Below are positions 24,817 through 34,735 of a DNA stretch of 51,791 nt, piece by piece; position 1 is the first letter of the stretch; each line of letters begins with the position of its first letter. Source of the DNA: a virus (taxonomy: Duplodnaviria > Caudoviricetes); IMG/VR virus record IMGVR_UViG_3300023218_000017, positions 1 through 51,791 of that record; one strand, 5' to 3'. A program made the position numbers and the translations under genes. The notes under the pieces were generated by a model. It was not told where the DNA came from. It saw only the letters and a program-made list of their open reading frames with translations, and made no database searches.

Positions 24817-27800
24817 TTAGCGGAGGGAGCGACCGAGAAGTTGTTCGGCGAAGGCTTTGCGCTGCTGATCGGTTTGGAGCATGGACTGGGTGAGGATGTT
24901 GACAAGCTCGGAGTATCGGGGCGTGAACTGGCGCTGTCCTTCTCTGGGGAACAGGATTTTCTCGCTGCCTTTGCTCTGCGCGATGCGGCTGTAGTAGCGC
25001 ATGGCGAGTTCGACTTGCTGACGCTCGTGGTCGGTCAGGGTGGCATACCAAGCGCGGCGGTCGTCTTTGCTGAGACCGCTGAGGGGGTCTTGCGCGCGCA
25101 CGCTGGACTGGAATCGCTCGGCCGTGTAGCCGTAGTCCAGCAAGAGGTTATAGAACTTGATGGCCGCTCCGATGTCGGCGTTGTAGATCGCTTTACGGAA
25201 GTTGCGGATCGCCTGCTGGTCGGGACTGTTGTAGTCGAATCCGCCTCTGGCTTTGCCCTGGGTCTCTTCCAGCCATTCGGCGGTTTTGTCGCGTATTTCG
25301 TAGTAGGCCCATTGCTCGGGATCGCGGCGGCGAATTTGGAGGATAGCCTGTTGCGCCCACTCCGGGAATGATTTCGGGCTGTAATATTCCTCGTCTAGAA
25401 GACTGCGCAACGCAAGCGATGCGCTGCGGTCGGTTGTCGTACTCAAAATATTCCACCAGAGGTCATGCTCGCTTATGGTGCGCTGGTCGAAAATATCGGG
25501 GAACGGGTTTTTACGAGACACCCCCATATAAGCACCTTTCAGGTCAGGCCGGAATCCTTGAACCACTTTATTCATTAGATCTGGAACCAGCGTTTTCCCA
25601 TAATCGCTGACCATCTGATCGAACGAAATACGCTGGGCAGCGTAATCCGTGAACAAATTCCCAAGGCGATTGCCTCCGAACCACTCCATAATGTCGGACA
25701 GAGCGGTGGGTGTATGGACGACTCGAATTTTACCGTTGGCGTCGCGGCCTAGAATGATGTGCAGGCGGCGGCGATCATGCTCGGACAACTGGCTTTCGAG
25801 GTCGTCGTCTTCGTCCCACAGGCCTACCATTTGCCCTCCGAAATTGTTCCATAGCTGAATAGCCAGATACGGCATCATAAGACGCACCCAGACACCCATC
25901 ACCGTAGCGGCGGCGGCCTTACCCTGCATTTCTGCGTGTGTCATAGCTTCGCTCCACCGTGTGGCACGAAGCATGTCAAAAGTGTTCCTCAGCAAGTTTG
26001 CATGATATCGGAAGTTGATCTCCATCCAGGAGTAGAACGGTATCATTTGCTCGCGGAGCGTTTGCCCCGTCAGCGAAAGATTCGAGTAATCGCCAAAGGT
26101 TCGTTGACTGATGTAGGCGGCTTTCGCGTATATACCCTCACGCGCTTCCACGTCTTTGTGATAAGCTCCGCCATAGACCGGGGCGGCCCCGCCTCGCATG
26201 CGATCTACATCGGCCTGGAATTTGGCATATCGAAAGGTTGATTCGCGGAGCCGGGCGACATCCGTCGTTCGCGTGGCCCATTTCCGAACGTTGTTCCGCG
26301 TCAGCTCACCAGAGGTCAAAAACTCCGCGAACTCGTCGAACTGCTTGAGCTGTCCTGATTCCTGCACGGTCACCGAATCGATGACTCCTCGCTTAAACGC
26401 TTCGCGCAGCTCGACACTGGGTTCAGCTTTGCCGTTCCAGAAGGCACGCAATTCTTGTGCGGCCGGTTGCAGAGTCTTAAAAAGACCTGGTTCTAAGGCT
26501 AACACTTTCTCGAGGTCTGCCAAGGTGTTGTTGAACTCATAGCGGATGTAGTTCCACGGGGCGAAAAGGATGTTGTATTTCCACATTCTCAGAGGAAACC
26601 CCAAAATCCCTGATCCCATTCGAAATATCGCGCTGTTGCGAATTTTCTGACGTTCCTTGATTGCCTGTAGTGCTTCGGCGACTGGCTCGGGAACAAGCCA
26701 TTGCTTTTTTTCTCCGGCGGTCAGGGCGGTGCGCAGCATTTCCGGAGTGATGTCCGCCTCCACTCCGAGTTCTTTCATGCGTTTCCGCAGGTCGCCGTCT
26801 CCGAAGGCGACCCCCAATTGTTCGGCGAGCATGTCCCGATCAATCATGTATTCCATGCGAAGTGGAAGCGTGTCGTCGACGGTATAAAGCCTGTAGCCGG
26901 CCGGGTGATTATTCGGGTTTTTCCATTCGTCGGCGTGCGCGCGGCGGCCTTCTTCCGCCGCTTCCGCTTCGAGTTCGGCCTGCACCTTTTCGCTGATATC
27001 GTAAGGCTTCCAGTATTCCTCCACCAGGTCTTGCTGGGCATTGTGCGCTCTTACCTGCACGACGTGGTGGTAGATTGCCTTCAGGTAGTCGGCCTCGATG
27101 GATTTGCTACTGCCCACGGGATCGATCAAATAGCCTCGAAAAGGTTCGCTGGGAAGGGGCTGAACCCGCCCGAGTTTCCCGCTGAAATTCTCGATCACAT
27201 GGTGGGGGTAATAAAGCGGATTGCGCAGGTCTTCCGGGATAATCTGGCCGTGATCGAGAAGATCCTGTTGCAGTTCTTCGACGAGTTTGTAGTGCCGTTT
27301 GAGCGCTAGCCCGATTTCCGCGCTGTGCTTGTTCTCCGCGATCAGACCGTGGATATCGCCCAGGCGGCGGCGAACATCCTCCGGCTGGAGACCGCCCGGC
27401 AATTTAAGAGGCTTGCCGTCGCTGTTCGTCATCAGCGATCGATACCAAAGGTCCCGGTAGATGATTGCCGTTTGGAACAAGTAAAATGGATTGTCCGCCA
27501 GTTTCTCTTCGAGTGCTTCGATCCTGGCATTTAACGAGGCGGGCACCTTGGCACCGGCTTCGCGGCGCTTGCTGCGCCTTTTCACCAGCGTTTGCAATTC
27601 GCGCATGTCGTTACTACCCACCACTTCGCGGCCGAGGGCTCGGATCGGCTCGACAATATGCGCCAAATCTTCCTGCGCTTGTTTACGAACCTCATCGGTG
27701 GACGCGATAAGATACCGGTGGCCTTCCCGGAACTTAATGAAAAATTGCGGCATCTTCCCCTGCCACTGTCGATACTTCGGGAGTTCCGGGATGGCGTCTT

Positions 27801-30800
27801 TGAATCCGGTTACAATCGCTTTGAATTGCCTCCACCACATGTGAATGTCCGTCTCCGGCGCGTGGGTGGCGGCTTCCAGCTCGCTGTTGGCACGGTTGCG
27901 TCGCGGGGTCGCTTCGTCGCGGGCGGGCTGCGGATCGGCGACGGGCTCCCCGTCGGAGAGGTTCGGCACGGAGGCTTCGGCTTCGGCCATCATGTCGGCG
28001 ATACGGGCGCGGAGTTCGGCGCGTTCGCCCAGCATGCCCGCCGGCGGCTTCCGGCCTTCGCGCTTGTAGCGATCGATCTGCTCGGTATATTCTGCCTCGC
28101 GGCGGCGGAGCCGGTGGAGGTCGGCGGTGAAGCGCTTGCGGGAGAAGTTGACATTTCCGCCTTCTTGTGCGTTCTTTTCGTCTGAGCCCGCCCCCAAATC
28201 GGAACGACTAAACGTAGGTTCGGTTTGCGTAGCGTCGGATTGAGCACCAACCTCGCCGACCGCATCGGGCTCTCCTTTTTTCCAGCCGGTGAGAAGCCAT
28301 GTCTTGCTTTCGCCGCTTTCGTCGAGAGAAAGGACGGCTTCCACATCGCCTTTGCGCAGGGTGACGGTTTTCTTTGCGGCGGTGTATCGGTCGATCTCGC
28401 CATCCACGACCGTATCGAGCACGGCGCGGACGGTATCCGCCCCACGCTTCGCGCCGATATGGTAAAGGCCCATTTTCTCGTTTCCCCAGGGAATCGTTAC
28501 GTCAGCCGTCCCGCCGAGCGCCACCACATCGGGACGTAGATTTTTGACTGTGGCCGAATCGGCACCGTCGACGATTTCTCGAACGGCTGATTCCATCCGG
28601 GCCTTCGGAGAATCCTCCGCTTGTCGCCTGCTCATTGCCACCGGCTCGGGCGCACTGCTTGGCTCGCGGCGGGGCCCCTCCTTCCGCGGCCGTTCCAATT
28701 CGCGGCGGGCGCGGGCCAGGGCGTCACGGATATCCTGCTCGGAGATTTCGGCGTCGGCCCAGCCCATGCGGCGGAGCCAGTCGCGCACTGCGGCGAGGAT
28801 GCGCCGCCAGAGGGCGGGGTCGGTGGCCTCGCCCTCGGCGATGCGCGCCACGTATTCCTCGGCGGCCTCGATCCGGTCGACCGGATCGGCGGGGTCGAGC
28901 ATGTAGTCCTCGACGATTTCGGACATTTCCGGGCGATCGCGCGCCCGCCGCCAGACGGAACGCATGAAGTCCTGGTAGCGCTCGCCCAGGATTTCGCGCA
29001 TGCCGTGGTGGCCGACTACTTCGTGGAACAGCACGCTCCGCGCCTGCGCGGTGCCGTCGAGGTTATCGGCGATCAGGTAGCTGGTGCGCCCGCGCTTGTC
29101 GTAGAAGCCCTCGATACTGCCCTCCGGCTCGCCTTCCACCATGCGGCGGAAAACCGGCGGCAGGTCCCTCGCGCTCTGCACGATCTCCACACGCACCCCG
29201 GCCTCGCGCCAAGCTTCGCGCAGGTCGGCGGTGGCCTCGGTGACTTCGGCGGCGGTGGTGCGTGGCGGAGTTTCCCCCGGTTGGAAAGGCTCGGTTGGCG
29301 TATCGGAGGGATCGGACTGATCAGTCTCATTGGACCGATCAGTCCGAAAGAACGCTACTTCGCCCCGCCGCGAAAAGCGCACATCCCCTTCCCGCTCGCC
29401 GCGCATGCCCATGGCCCAGTCGGGGAAGATTTTCTTGCCTTCGCGCACGCGCTCGTCGACGGCTTGCAGCACGTCGTCGGGCTCCAGCATCCAGGAAAAG
29501 CCATAGTCGGCCTGGAGCACTTCGCGGATGCGGTCGAGGCTCTGCGGGTTTTTCCGATTCCACAGGCCCCTGGGCTGCACGCGGCGCTCGTAGATTTTGC
29601 CCTTTTTGCTTTTTTGCTTCCGCACGTCGGCCGTGCTTTCGAAGAGCGATTCCAGCTCGCCGAGCATGGGTTCGCGCCGGCCGGAGCGCTTGGCCTTGTC
29701 CTTCAGCGCCTCGGGGTGTGGCAGGCCGCCGACGGAGCGGATGGCCTCCAGTAACTCTTCTTTGGGGTCGAACTGGTTCTCGTATTCCTCGCGGCGGATG
29801 CGCTGCTCGATTTCGCTCATGGCGGCCTCGTCGCCCCGGTCGGCGAGAAATTCCAGGTCGGGCATTTCCAGCTGGGTGAAGGGCCGGCGGCTGAGGCGGC
29901 GCTGCCGCTCGGCGGCGGCGGAAGCTTCCATACGCCGGGCGTAGTCGTCGCGGTCGCGGCGCACCTGCTCGCGCCGGGCGCGGACGTAGCCCAGGCCGGC
30001 GAGTTCGCCGACCTCCTCGTCGGTCCACTTGTAGATCGGCTTGTCGCCCATCTGGCGGACCCGCTTGCGCCGGTCGATCCGGCGCTGTTCCAGGTCGGTG
30101 GGCGTGATGGCACCGCGTGAGACGGCTTCTTCGTCCGTCTGGTCTTCCGCACGCTGTTCCAACTGGGTGCGCAGTTTTTCGCGCCCGGCCTCGGTGAGGT
30201 CGCCGCCCAGTTGATCGGCGATGTCGCGGTCGGTGGGCGCGGGGGGCTGGTCCTCGATCACGTTCGGGTCGGCCGCCCCCGGGCTCCGCAGCTCGGTGCG
30301 CAGGTCTTCCTGCATCTGCCGGGCGATCTTGTAGCGGTTGTATTCCTGGTCGCTCAGACCGTCGAGAAGGTCGCCGCCTTTTTTGCGCAGTCCTTCGATC
30401 TCGGTTTCCAGAGCAGTCAGCTCGCGCATCTTGCGTTGGCGCTCCGGATCTTCCTCGCGTTCCACGCGGCGCTCTCGCTGCTCGCTCCGTGCCTGGGAAA
30501 GCGGCACGGTGGGGCCCTGTTCTTTCGGCGGCTGCTCGCGCTCCGTACCGGCTTTCCTTTCACGGTCGAGTGCTCGGTCTTCAGGCGGTTTTGGACGTGG
30601 CGGGCGAAGCGCCCGATCGGCCGCGTAGGCCCCTGCGGCGGGCACGCTGAATGCAAGCAACTCAGCCGCCAGTTGTTTGCGGCTCGGCCATTCGAATTCC
30701 TCCAGCCCGACGGCGGCGCGCATGGCATCGCCCGCCCGTTCCTCGAACATTTCTCCGAGCACGCCGTTCCAGCCCACGGTGTCGACCAGAGTGCGCAGCT

Positions 30801-31959
30801 GCGAGGTCTGGAGCTTCGGGTTGAGCCGGAGGATGGCGCGTCCTGCGGCGTTTTTCAGCGCGCGGTCGCGCAGCGGCTTGACCATGCGGCCGAGCCAGGG
30901 CACGGCCCCGCCGGTGCGCTCGCTGAGCAATTCGATGTAGCTGTCCGCGATAGCGCGGCGGGCGGCCTGCCCGCTGTCCGGCGATTCGCCCACGGCGATG
31001 CGAAAGTCTTCCACCGTCTCGCCCCGCATTTCCATTTCCGGGCGCATCTCCTGCCAAAACCGCTCCATGGCCAGACCGGGGCCGGCGACGGGCGCGGAGG
31101 CCGTCGCGCCGCCCGTGGCACCGGCCGCGCCGATCAGGCCCTTGGTCAACAGGCGCTTTTTCAACTTCCGGTCGGCGCTTTTCCCGAGCAGGCTTCGTAG
31201 ACTGCTATTGATTCCGGCCTGCGTGCCGGCACGTCCGAGGCGGAAGAGCCCTGCGCCAGCGCCTAGGTCGGTCATAAACTGCGGCATCTGTCCGAGGATT
31301 TCGACGGCCATACCGCCGACGGTGCGCTCGCGCCCCTCCTCGACTAGACGTTCGTAAAGGGCCAGCTCTTCGGCGTCACTTGCCGATCCTTCGCGCACGC
31401 GCTCGGCAATGGCTACCATATCGTAGGCGCGGTTCACGGAATCGAGATTGCCCGCCAGCGGCACGGGCAGACCGTTGTCGGAGAGTTCCCCCAGCGCCTC
31501 TAAAAAGCCTTTTGGCGTTTCCGCCCGCTCTGCGATGCGGCGGACTTGCTCCCCCCGTGCTTGCCGTTTGAGTTGCGCGTAGCTTTCGGCGACGGCGCGG
31601 CGCTCGTCCTCGTTTAGTGGCGTAAAGGGCGGCGGACCGGAATCTTCGCCGCCTGAATCGAAATTTGGGAAATCCGAACTGTGCCGCCCGGACTGCCAGT
31701 CCGGCTGCTCTTTTGCGACGATGGTTCCGTCCGCCGTAACTTTGAACGGCTGATCGGGATCGGTCGCCGTGGCCATGCCGGGATCTGGGGCAGGCTGTTT
31801 TTCGCGCCGCGGCAGGACGCGGGCGAGCGCGCGGTCCTCGCCTTCGAGGAAGCTGTCCAGCGGGTCGGGCGGGTCGGGCGCGTCTGCCCCGGCGGTGGGA
31901 TTCTCCGGCAGGCCCAGGGCTGTGTCGTCGCCCTCTAGAAATGCGTCGAGCTTATCCAC
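24817..31959 (-). CDS. Large polyvalent ejection protein, 2380 aa, with a zincin-like metallopeptidase motif and a candidate PBECR-type nuclease domain
   Basis: IEGFYD...YLIADNL...LFHEVVGHHGMR...AAEEYVA; GLYHI...KTWLLTGW; C-terminal FGDYS...PFYSW; FSR-type linkers. Confidence 0.8.
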   Translation of the reverse strand: MDKLDAFLEGDDTALGLPENPTAGADAPDPPDPLDSFLEGEDRALARVLPRREKQPAPDPGMATATDPDQPFKVTADGTIVAKEQPDWQSGRHSSDFPNFDSGGEDSGPPPFTPLNEDERRAVAESYAQLKRQARGEQVRRIAERAETPKGFLEALGELSDNGLPVPLAGNLDSVNRAYDMVAIAERVREGSASDAEELALYERLVEEGRERTVGGMAVEILGQMPQFMTDLGAGAGLFRLGRAGTQAGINSSLRSLLGKSADRKLKKRLLTKGLIGAAGATGGATASAPVAGPGLAMERFWQEMRPEMEMRGETVEDFRIAVGESPDSGQAARRAIADSYIELLSERTGGAVPWLGRMVKPLRDRALKNAAGRAILRLNPKLQTSQLRTLVDTVGWNGVLGEMFEERAGDAMRAAVGLEEFEWPSRKQLAAELLAFSVPAAGAYAADRALRPPRPKPPEDRALDRERKAGTEREQPPKEQGPTVPLSQARSEQRERRVEREEDPERQRKMRELTALETEIEGLRKKGGDLLDGLSDQEYNRYKIARQMQEDLRTELRSPGAADPNVIEDQPPAPTDRDIADQLGGDLTEAGREKLRTQLEQRAEDQTDEEAVSRGAITPTDLEQRRIDRRKRVRQMGDKPIYKWTDEEVGELAGLGYVRARREQVRRDRDDYARRMEASAAAERQRRLSRRPFTQLEMPDLEFLADRGDEAAMSEIEQRIRREEYENQFDPKEELLEAIRSVGGLPHPEALKDKAKRSGRREPMLGELESLFESTADVRKQKSKKGKIYERRVQPRGLWNRKNPQSLDRIREVLQADYGFSWMLEPDDVLQAVDERVREGKKIFPDWAMGMRGEREGDVRFSRRGEVAFFRTDRSNETDQSDPSDTPTEPFQPGETPPRTTAAEVTEATADLREAWREAGVRVEIVQSARDLPPVFRRMVEGEPEGSIEGFYDKRGRTSYLIADNLDGTAQARSVLFHEVVGHHGMREILGERYQDFMRSVWRRARDRPEMSEIVEDYMLDPADPVDRIEAAEEYVARIAEGEATDPALWRRILAAVRDWLRRMGWADAEISEQDIRDALARARRELERPRKEGPRREPSSAPEPVAMSRRQAEDSPKARMESAVREIVDGADSATVKNLRPDVVALGGTADVTIPWGNEKMGLYHIGAKRGADTVRAVLDTVVDGEIDRYTAAKKTVTLRKGDVEAVLSLDESGESKTWLLTGWKKGEPDAVGEVGAQSDATQTEPTFSRSDLGAGSDEKNAQEGGNVNFSRKRFTADLHRLRRREAEYTEQIDRYKREGRKPPAGMLGERAELRARIADMMAEAEASVPNLSDGEPVADPQPARDEATPRRNRANSELEAATHAPETDIHMWWRQFKAIVTGFKDAIPELPKYRQWQGKMPQFFIKFREGHRYLIASTDEVRKQAQEDLAHIVEPIRALGREVVGSNDMRELQTLVKRRSKRREAGAKVPASLNARIEALEEKLADNPFYLFQTAIIYRDLWYRSLMTNSDGKPLKLPGGLQPEDVRRRLGDIHGLIAENKHSAEIGLALKRHYKLVEELQQDLLDHGQIIPEDLRNPLYYPHHVIENFSGKLGRVQPLPSEPFRGYLIDPVGSSKSIEADYLKAIYHHVVQVRAHNAQQDLVEEYWKPYDISEKVQAELEAEAAEEGRRAHADEWKNPNNHPAGYRLYTVDDTLPLRMEYMIDRDMLAEQLGVAFGDGDLRKRMKELGVEADITPEMLRTALTAGEKKQWLVPEPVAEALQAIKERQKIRNSAIFRMGSGILGFPLRMWKYNILFAPWNYIRYEFNNTLADLEKVLALEPGLFKTLQPAAQELRAFWNGKAEPSVELREAFKRGVIDSVTVQESGQLKQFDEFAEFLTSGELTRNNVRKWATRTTDVARLRESTFRYAKFQADVDRMRGGAAPVYGGAYHKDVEAREGIYAKAAYISQRTFGDYSNLSLTGQTLREQMIPFYSWMEINFRYHANLLRNTFDMLRATRWSEAMTHAEMQGKAAAATVMGVWVRLMMPYLAIQLWNNFGGQMVGLWDEDDDLESQLSEHDRRRLHIILGRDANGKIRVVHTPTALSDIMEWFGGNRLGNLFTDYAAQRISFDQMVSDYGKTLVPDLMNKVVQGFRPDLKGAYMGVSRKNPFPDIFDQRTISEHDLWWNILSTTTDRSASLALRSLLDEEYYSPKSFPEWAQQAILQIRRRDPEQWAYYEIRDKTAEWLEETQGKARGGFDYNSPDQQAIRNFRKAIYNADIGAAIKFYNLLLDYGYTAERFQSSVRAQDPLSGLSKDDRRAWYATLTDHERQQVELAMRYYSRIAQSKGSEKILFPREGQRQFTPRYSELVNILTQSMLQTDQQRKAFAEQLLGRSLR

Positions 31960-31962
31960 GGG

Positions 31963-32766
31963 CTACTTCACCCCCAGGGCTTGGAGTTGCTGCTTGGCCT
32001 GCTCTTTGGTGATTCGGCCCTGCTGGTAGCGCTCGCGGATCTTCTTCGCTTCCATTTCGCTGACCTGTGCGCGGATCTCTTCCAAGCGTTCGTTGTAGCC
32101 TTCCATTTTTTCTTTGTCGCTGTCGACCACGCCGCCGAAGGGCAGGAAGTCCGCACTGAACACGTCGCGCATGTTGAAGCTGCCGATATCGCCCTGCTTC
32201 TCCGCGCGCTTCTGCGCGAGCTTTGCCATCTCTTCCTGGAGCTTGGCTTTGACCAGCGAATCCGGGTCGAAGGCTTGCGCCCCGCCGGGGCCGCCGGCGT
32301 CCGGCAAAGTAAACCCGTAGTCGCCCATGCGGCTGTAGGGCACCTCCGTCTTCACTCGGGTTCCGTCGGTGCCCTCTTTGGTAATTTCCATCATCGGCTC
32401 GGTAAAGCCCTCCGGCTCGCCGCCGCCTCCGGCGCTTCGCTCGCCCAGTCCGGCCATGCCCTGCATGCGGGAAAAGGCCCGGTCCATCTGTTGGTCGAGG
32501 AACCGCCGCTTTGCCAGATCCAGCCGCTGGTCCTGCCGCCGGTCGTCTTTCGCCGAGCGGATGGCGCGGTCGATAATTTGGCGCTCGACTTGCTTGTATC
32601 GGCGGTCCGATTCCATGCGTTCGCGTTTTGCGGCCGCCTCGCGCATTTGTCGCTCGATTTCGTAGCGATCCTGCTTCTTTCGGTTCGCGAAGGCTTGCGC
32701 CTGATTGCGTTTAAAGCCTGCCATGGCGTCCATGAGCATGGCCACGTCTGCGCGTCTGAGTGCCAT
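31963..32766 (-). CDS. Probable ejection/internal virion protein
   Basis: Charged helical protein between two ejection genes. Confidence 0.55.
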   Translation of the reverse strand: MALRRADVAMLMDAMAGFKRNQAQAFANRKKQDRYEIERQMREAAAKRERMESDRRYKQVERQIIDRAIRSAKDDRRQDQRLDLAKRRFLDQQMDRAFSRMQGMAGLGERSAGGGGEPEGFTEPMMEITKEGTDGTRVKTEVPYSRMGDYGFTLPDAGGPGGAQAFDPDSLVKAKLQEEMAKLAQKRAEKQGDIGSFNMRDVFSADFLPFGGVVDSDKEKMEGYNERLEEIRAQVSEMEAKKIRERYQQGRITKEQAKQQLQALGVK

Positions 32767-32802
32767 TGGTATGCGTCCTTTCCGTGTGGGGTTTAGAAAT
32801 GC

Positions 32803-34191
32803 TTATCCGAAGAGAGAACCGGCGACGGTTTGCGTGCTGGACAGCGGCGTGCCCAGAGCGGATATCCCCAGCCCGAGTCCGGCCATCCAGGGATTGCTTT
32901 GCTGGCCCCAGGCCTGGAGTTGGCCCTGGTAGTTTTGCTGGGCGAACTGCGTGCCCTTGGCCCCGGCATTCGGGTCGAGCACCTGCGGCGCGTTTTGCGG
33001 GGCGTAGGGGGCCGCGCCCTGCTGCGCCCCGCGCAGCTCGCCGAACTGGGCGGTGGGCGTCTGCCCGCTCATGAAGCTGCCCACGTTGGCCATTGCCTGC
33101 TGGCGCTTCCGGTAGGCGATGTCCTCGGGAGTGACGCCGCTGGAGAGAAATCCGAGCGCCTGCTGGCGGCGCTGATTCTGCCGTTGCTCGCCGGCCTGCC
33201 CCAGCTCCATCGCTTCCTCGTAGATCGCCGAGTTGCCCAGGATGTTGCCTCGCGCGGCCTGTCCGCCCCGCACGCCCTGGCTTACTTCGCGGCGGACGCT
33301 GTCATTTAGCTCCGCTCCGAGGCCGAGGTCTCCGAAAATCTGGTCGAAGAGGGATTCGGCCATACGGGTGCTCTCGTAGTCCTCGCCCGCGTAAAGTCGT
33401 TCGTTCGGCGTATATTCGCCGGGCGTGCGGATTTCGCGGACTTCGGGCATGCCGCGTTGGCCGCCGACTCCGGATTCGAGCTGTTCACGCAGACGCGCGG
33501 CGCGCTGGTCCCACTCGTCGGCGGTGAGTTCGGGCGCTTGGCCCAGGCGGCGCTCGCCGGCGGCGGGTGCGTCGCCTTTCCCCTTGTCTTTCCCCTTGCC
33601 TTTCGCGCCGCTCAGAGGTTCCAGTCCGAGTTCTTGGCGCAGTGCATTGGATCGTTGGGCACGGCCGCGCGGAATACCCCGTTCGGCGAACAAGGGCGGA
33701 TAGATGGCTCTCACGATTGCTTCGAGCTGATCCTCGGCGAGACCTTTGGTGCCCGGGCGAGGCCCCAGAATGTCCTCGATCCGGGCGTCTATGTCGATGT
33801 TCGCGCCTCCTCCGACCACGCCGTCGTCCACTACTTCCGGGTAGATCACTTCGTAGTCCACCTGCTCGGGCACTTCGCCGGTGAGGTCATACATCACCTG
33901 GTTGTAAAGCGCATCTCGAGCGGCCCGGCCCTGCGGGTCGGACATGTCCAGCTCCCGGTTGCGCGCCTCTATAAACCCGGGGCCGTAGCGGTCCTGCACG
34001 TCGAGCATGCGGTCGGCCGTGTAGTCGGCTGCATTCGCCTGCCCTTCGAGCATCAGCTGAAGCAGCAGGGGCTCCCACTCCGCGCGCGCCGCATAGCGGT
34101 CGGGCAGCGTTTCGATATCGGCGTAGATCGCTTCGCGATTCGCCTTAGCGTAGTTCGGTGGATCCGGTGCGTCTCCTTTACCTCCGCCCAT
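32803..34191 (-). CDS. DNA transfer/ejection protein
   Basis: MGGGKGDAPDPPNYAKA start, QAARGNILGN motif, Gly-rich hydrophobic C-terminus. Confidence 0.7.
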   Translation of the reverse strand: MGGGKGDAPDPPNYAKANREAIYADIETLPDRYAARAEWEPLLLQLMLEGQANAADYTADRMLDVQDRYGPGFIEARNRELDMSDPQGRAARDALYNQVMYDLTGEVPEQVDYEVIYPEVVDDGVVGGGANIDIDARIEDILGPRPGTKGLAEDQLEAIVRAIYPPLFAERGIPRGRAQRSNALRQELGLEPLSGAKGKGKDKGKGDAPAAGERRLGQAPELTADEWDQRAARLREQLESGVGGQRGMPEVREIRTPGEYTPNERLYAGEDYESTRMAESLFDQIFGDLGLGAELNDSVRREVSQGVRGGQAARGNILGNSAIYEEAMELGQAGEQRQNQRRQQALGFLSSGVTPEDIAYRKRQQAMANVGSFMSGQTPTAQFGELRGAQQGAAPYAPQNAPQVLDPNAGAKGTQFAQQNYQGQLQAWGQQSNPWMAGLGLGISALGTPLSSTQTVAGSLFG

Positions 34192-34735
34192 GGTGTGCGT
34201 CCTCTCTAAGTTTTAGGATTTTATTGAACAGTCTCGGAGTGTATTCCACTCGCTCGGGGCCGCGGTTGCGCTTGTACCGCACACCGATCAGGCGCTTGGT
34301 CAGCACATCGGGTTCCTGCCAGATCAGCGAGATTACCAGCCGCTTGAAGGCGGCCGTATCCGCCGCGAAAAGAAAAGCCATGAAGATGCTGTCGCCCTCC
34401 GGCCGGTCGGGGTGCCAGTGCTGGACGAAGCTCCAATCGTCTTCCCAATCGCAGCGATACCACATGAGCACCGCCGTCACCTCGCCGGCGGGATCGAGGC
34501 CGTAGTAGAGCGTGCGCTTGGCCGCATGGTAGGCGATCATGCGGCGGATCGTATCGACCGGCCAGTCGCCGAACACCTTGCCGTTTTCATGCGCCATGCA
34601 GAAGCCCGCGATCCGGTGCACCAGCGTGCCCGCATTCAGGCGCAGCATCTCGTCGGCCGCGTCGAGCGCGGGGTTTTCGCGCCCGGCCTCGGCCTGCGGT
34701 TCGGCGATGCCGGAATCTGTGGTGGCGGTGCTCAT
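34178..34735 (-). CDS. Hypothetical protein (possible acyltransferase-like fold)
   Basis: ATG overlaps the upstream stop; occupies the slot between nozzle and ejection genes. Confidence 0.55.
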   Translation of the reverse strand: MSTATTDSGIAEPQAEAGRENPALDAADEMLRLNAGTLVHRIAGFCMAHENGKVFGDWPVDTIRRMIAYHAAKRTLYYGLDPAGEVTAVLMWYRCDWEDDWSFVQHWHPDRPEGDSIFMAFLFAADTAAFKRLVISLIWQEPDVLTKRLIGVRYKRNRGPERVEYTPRLFNKILKLREDAHHGRR

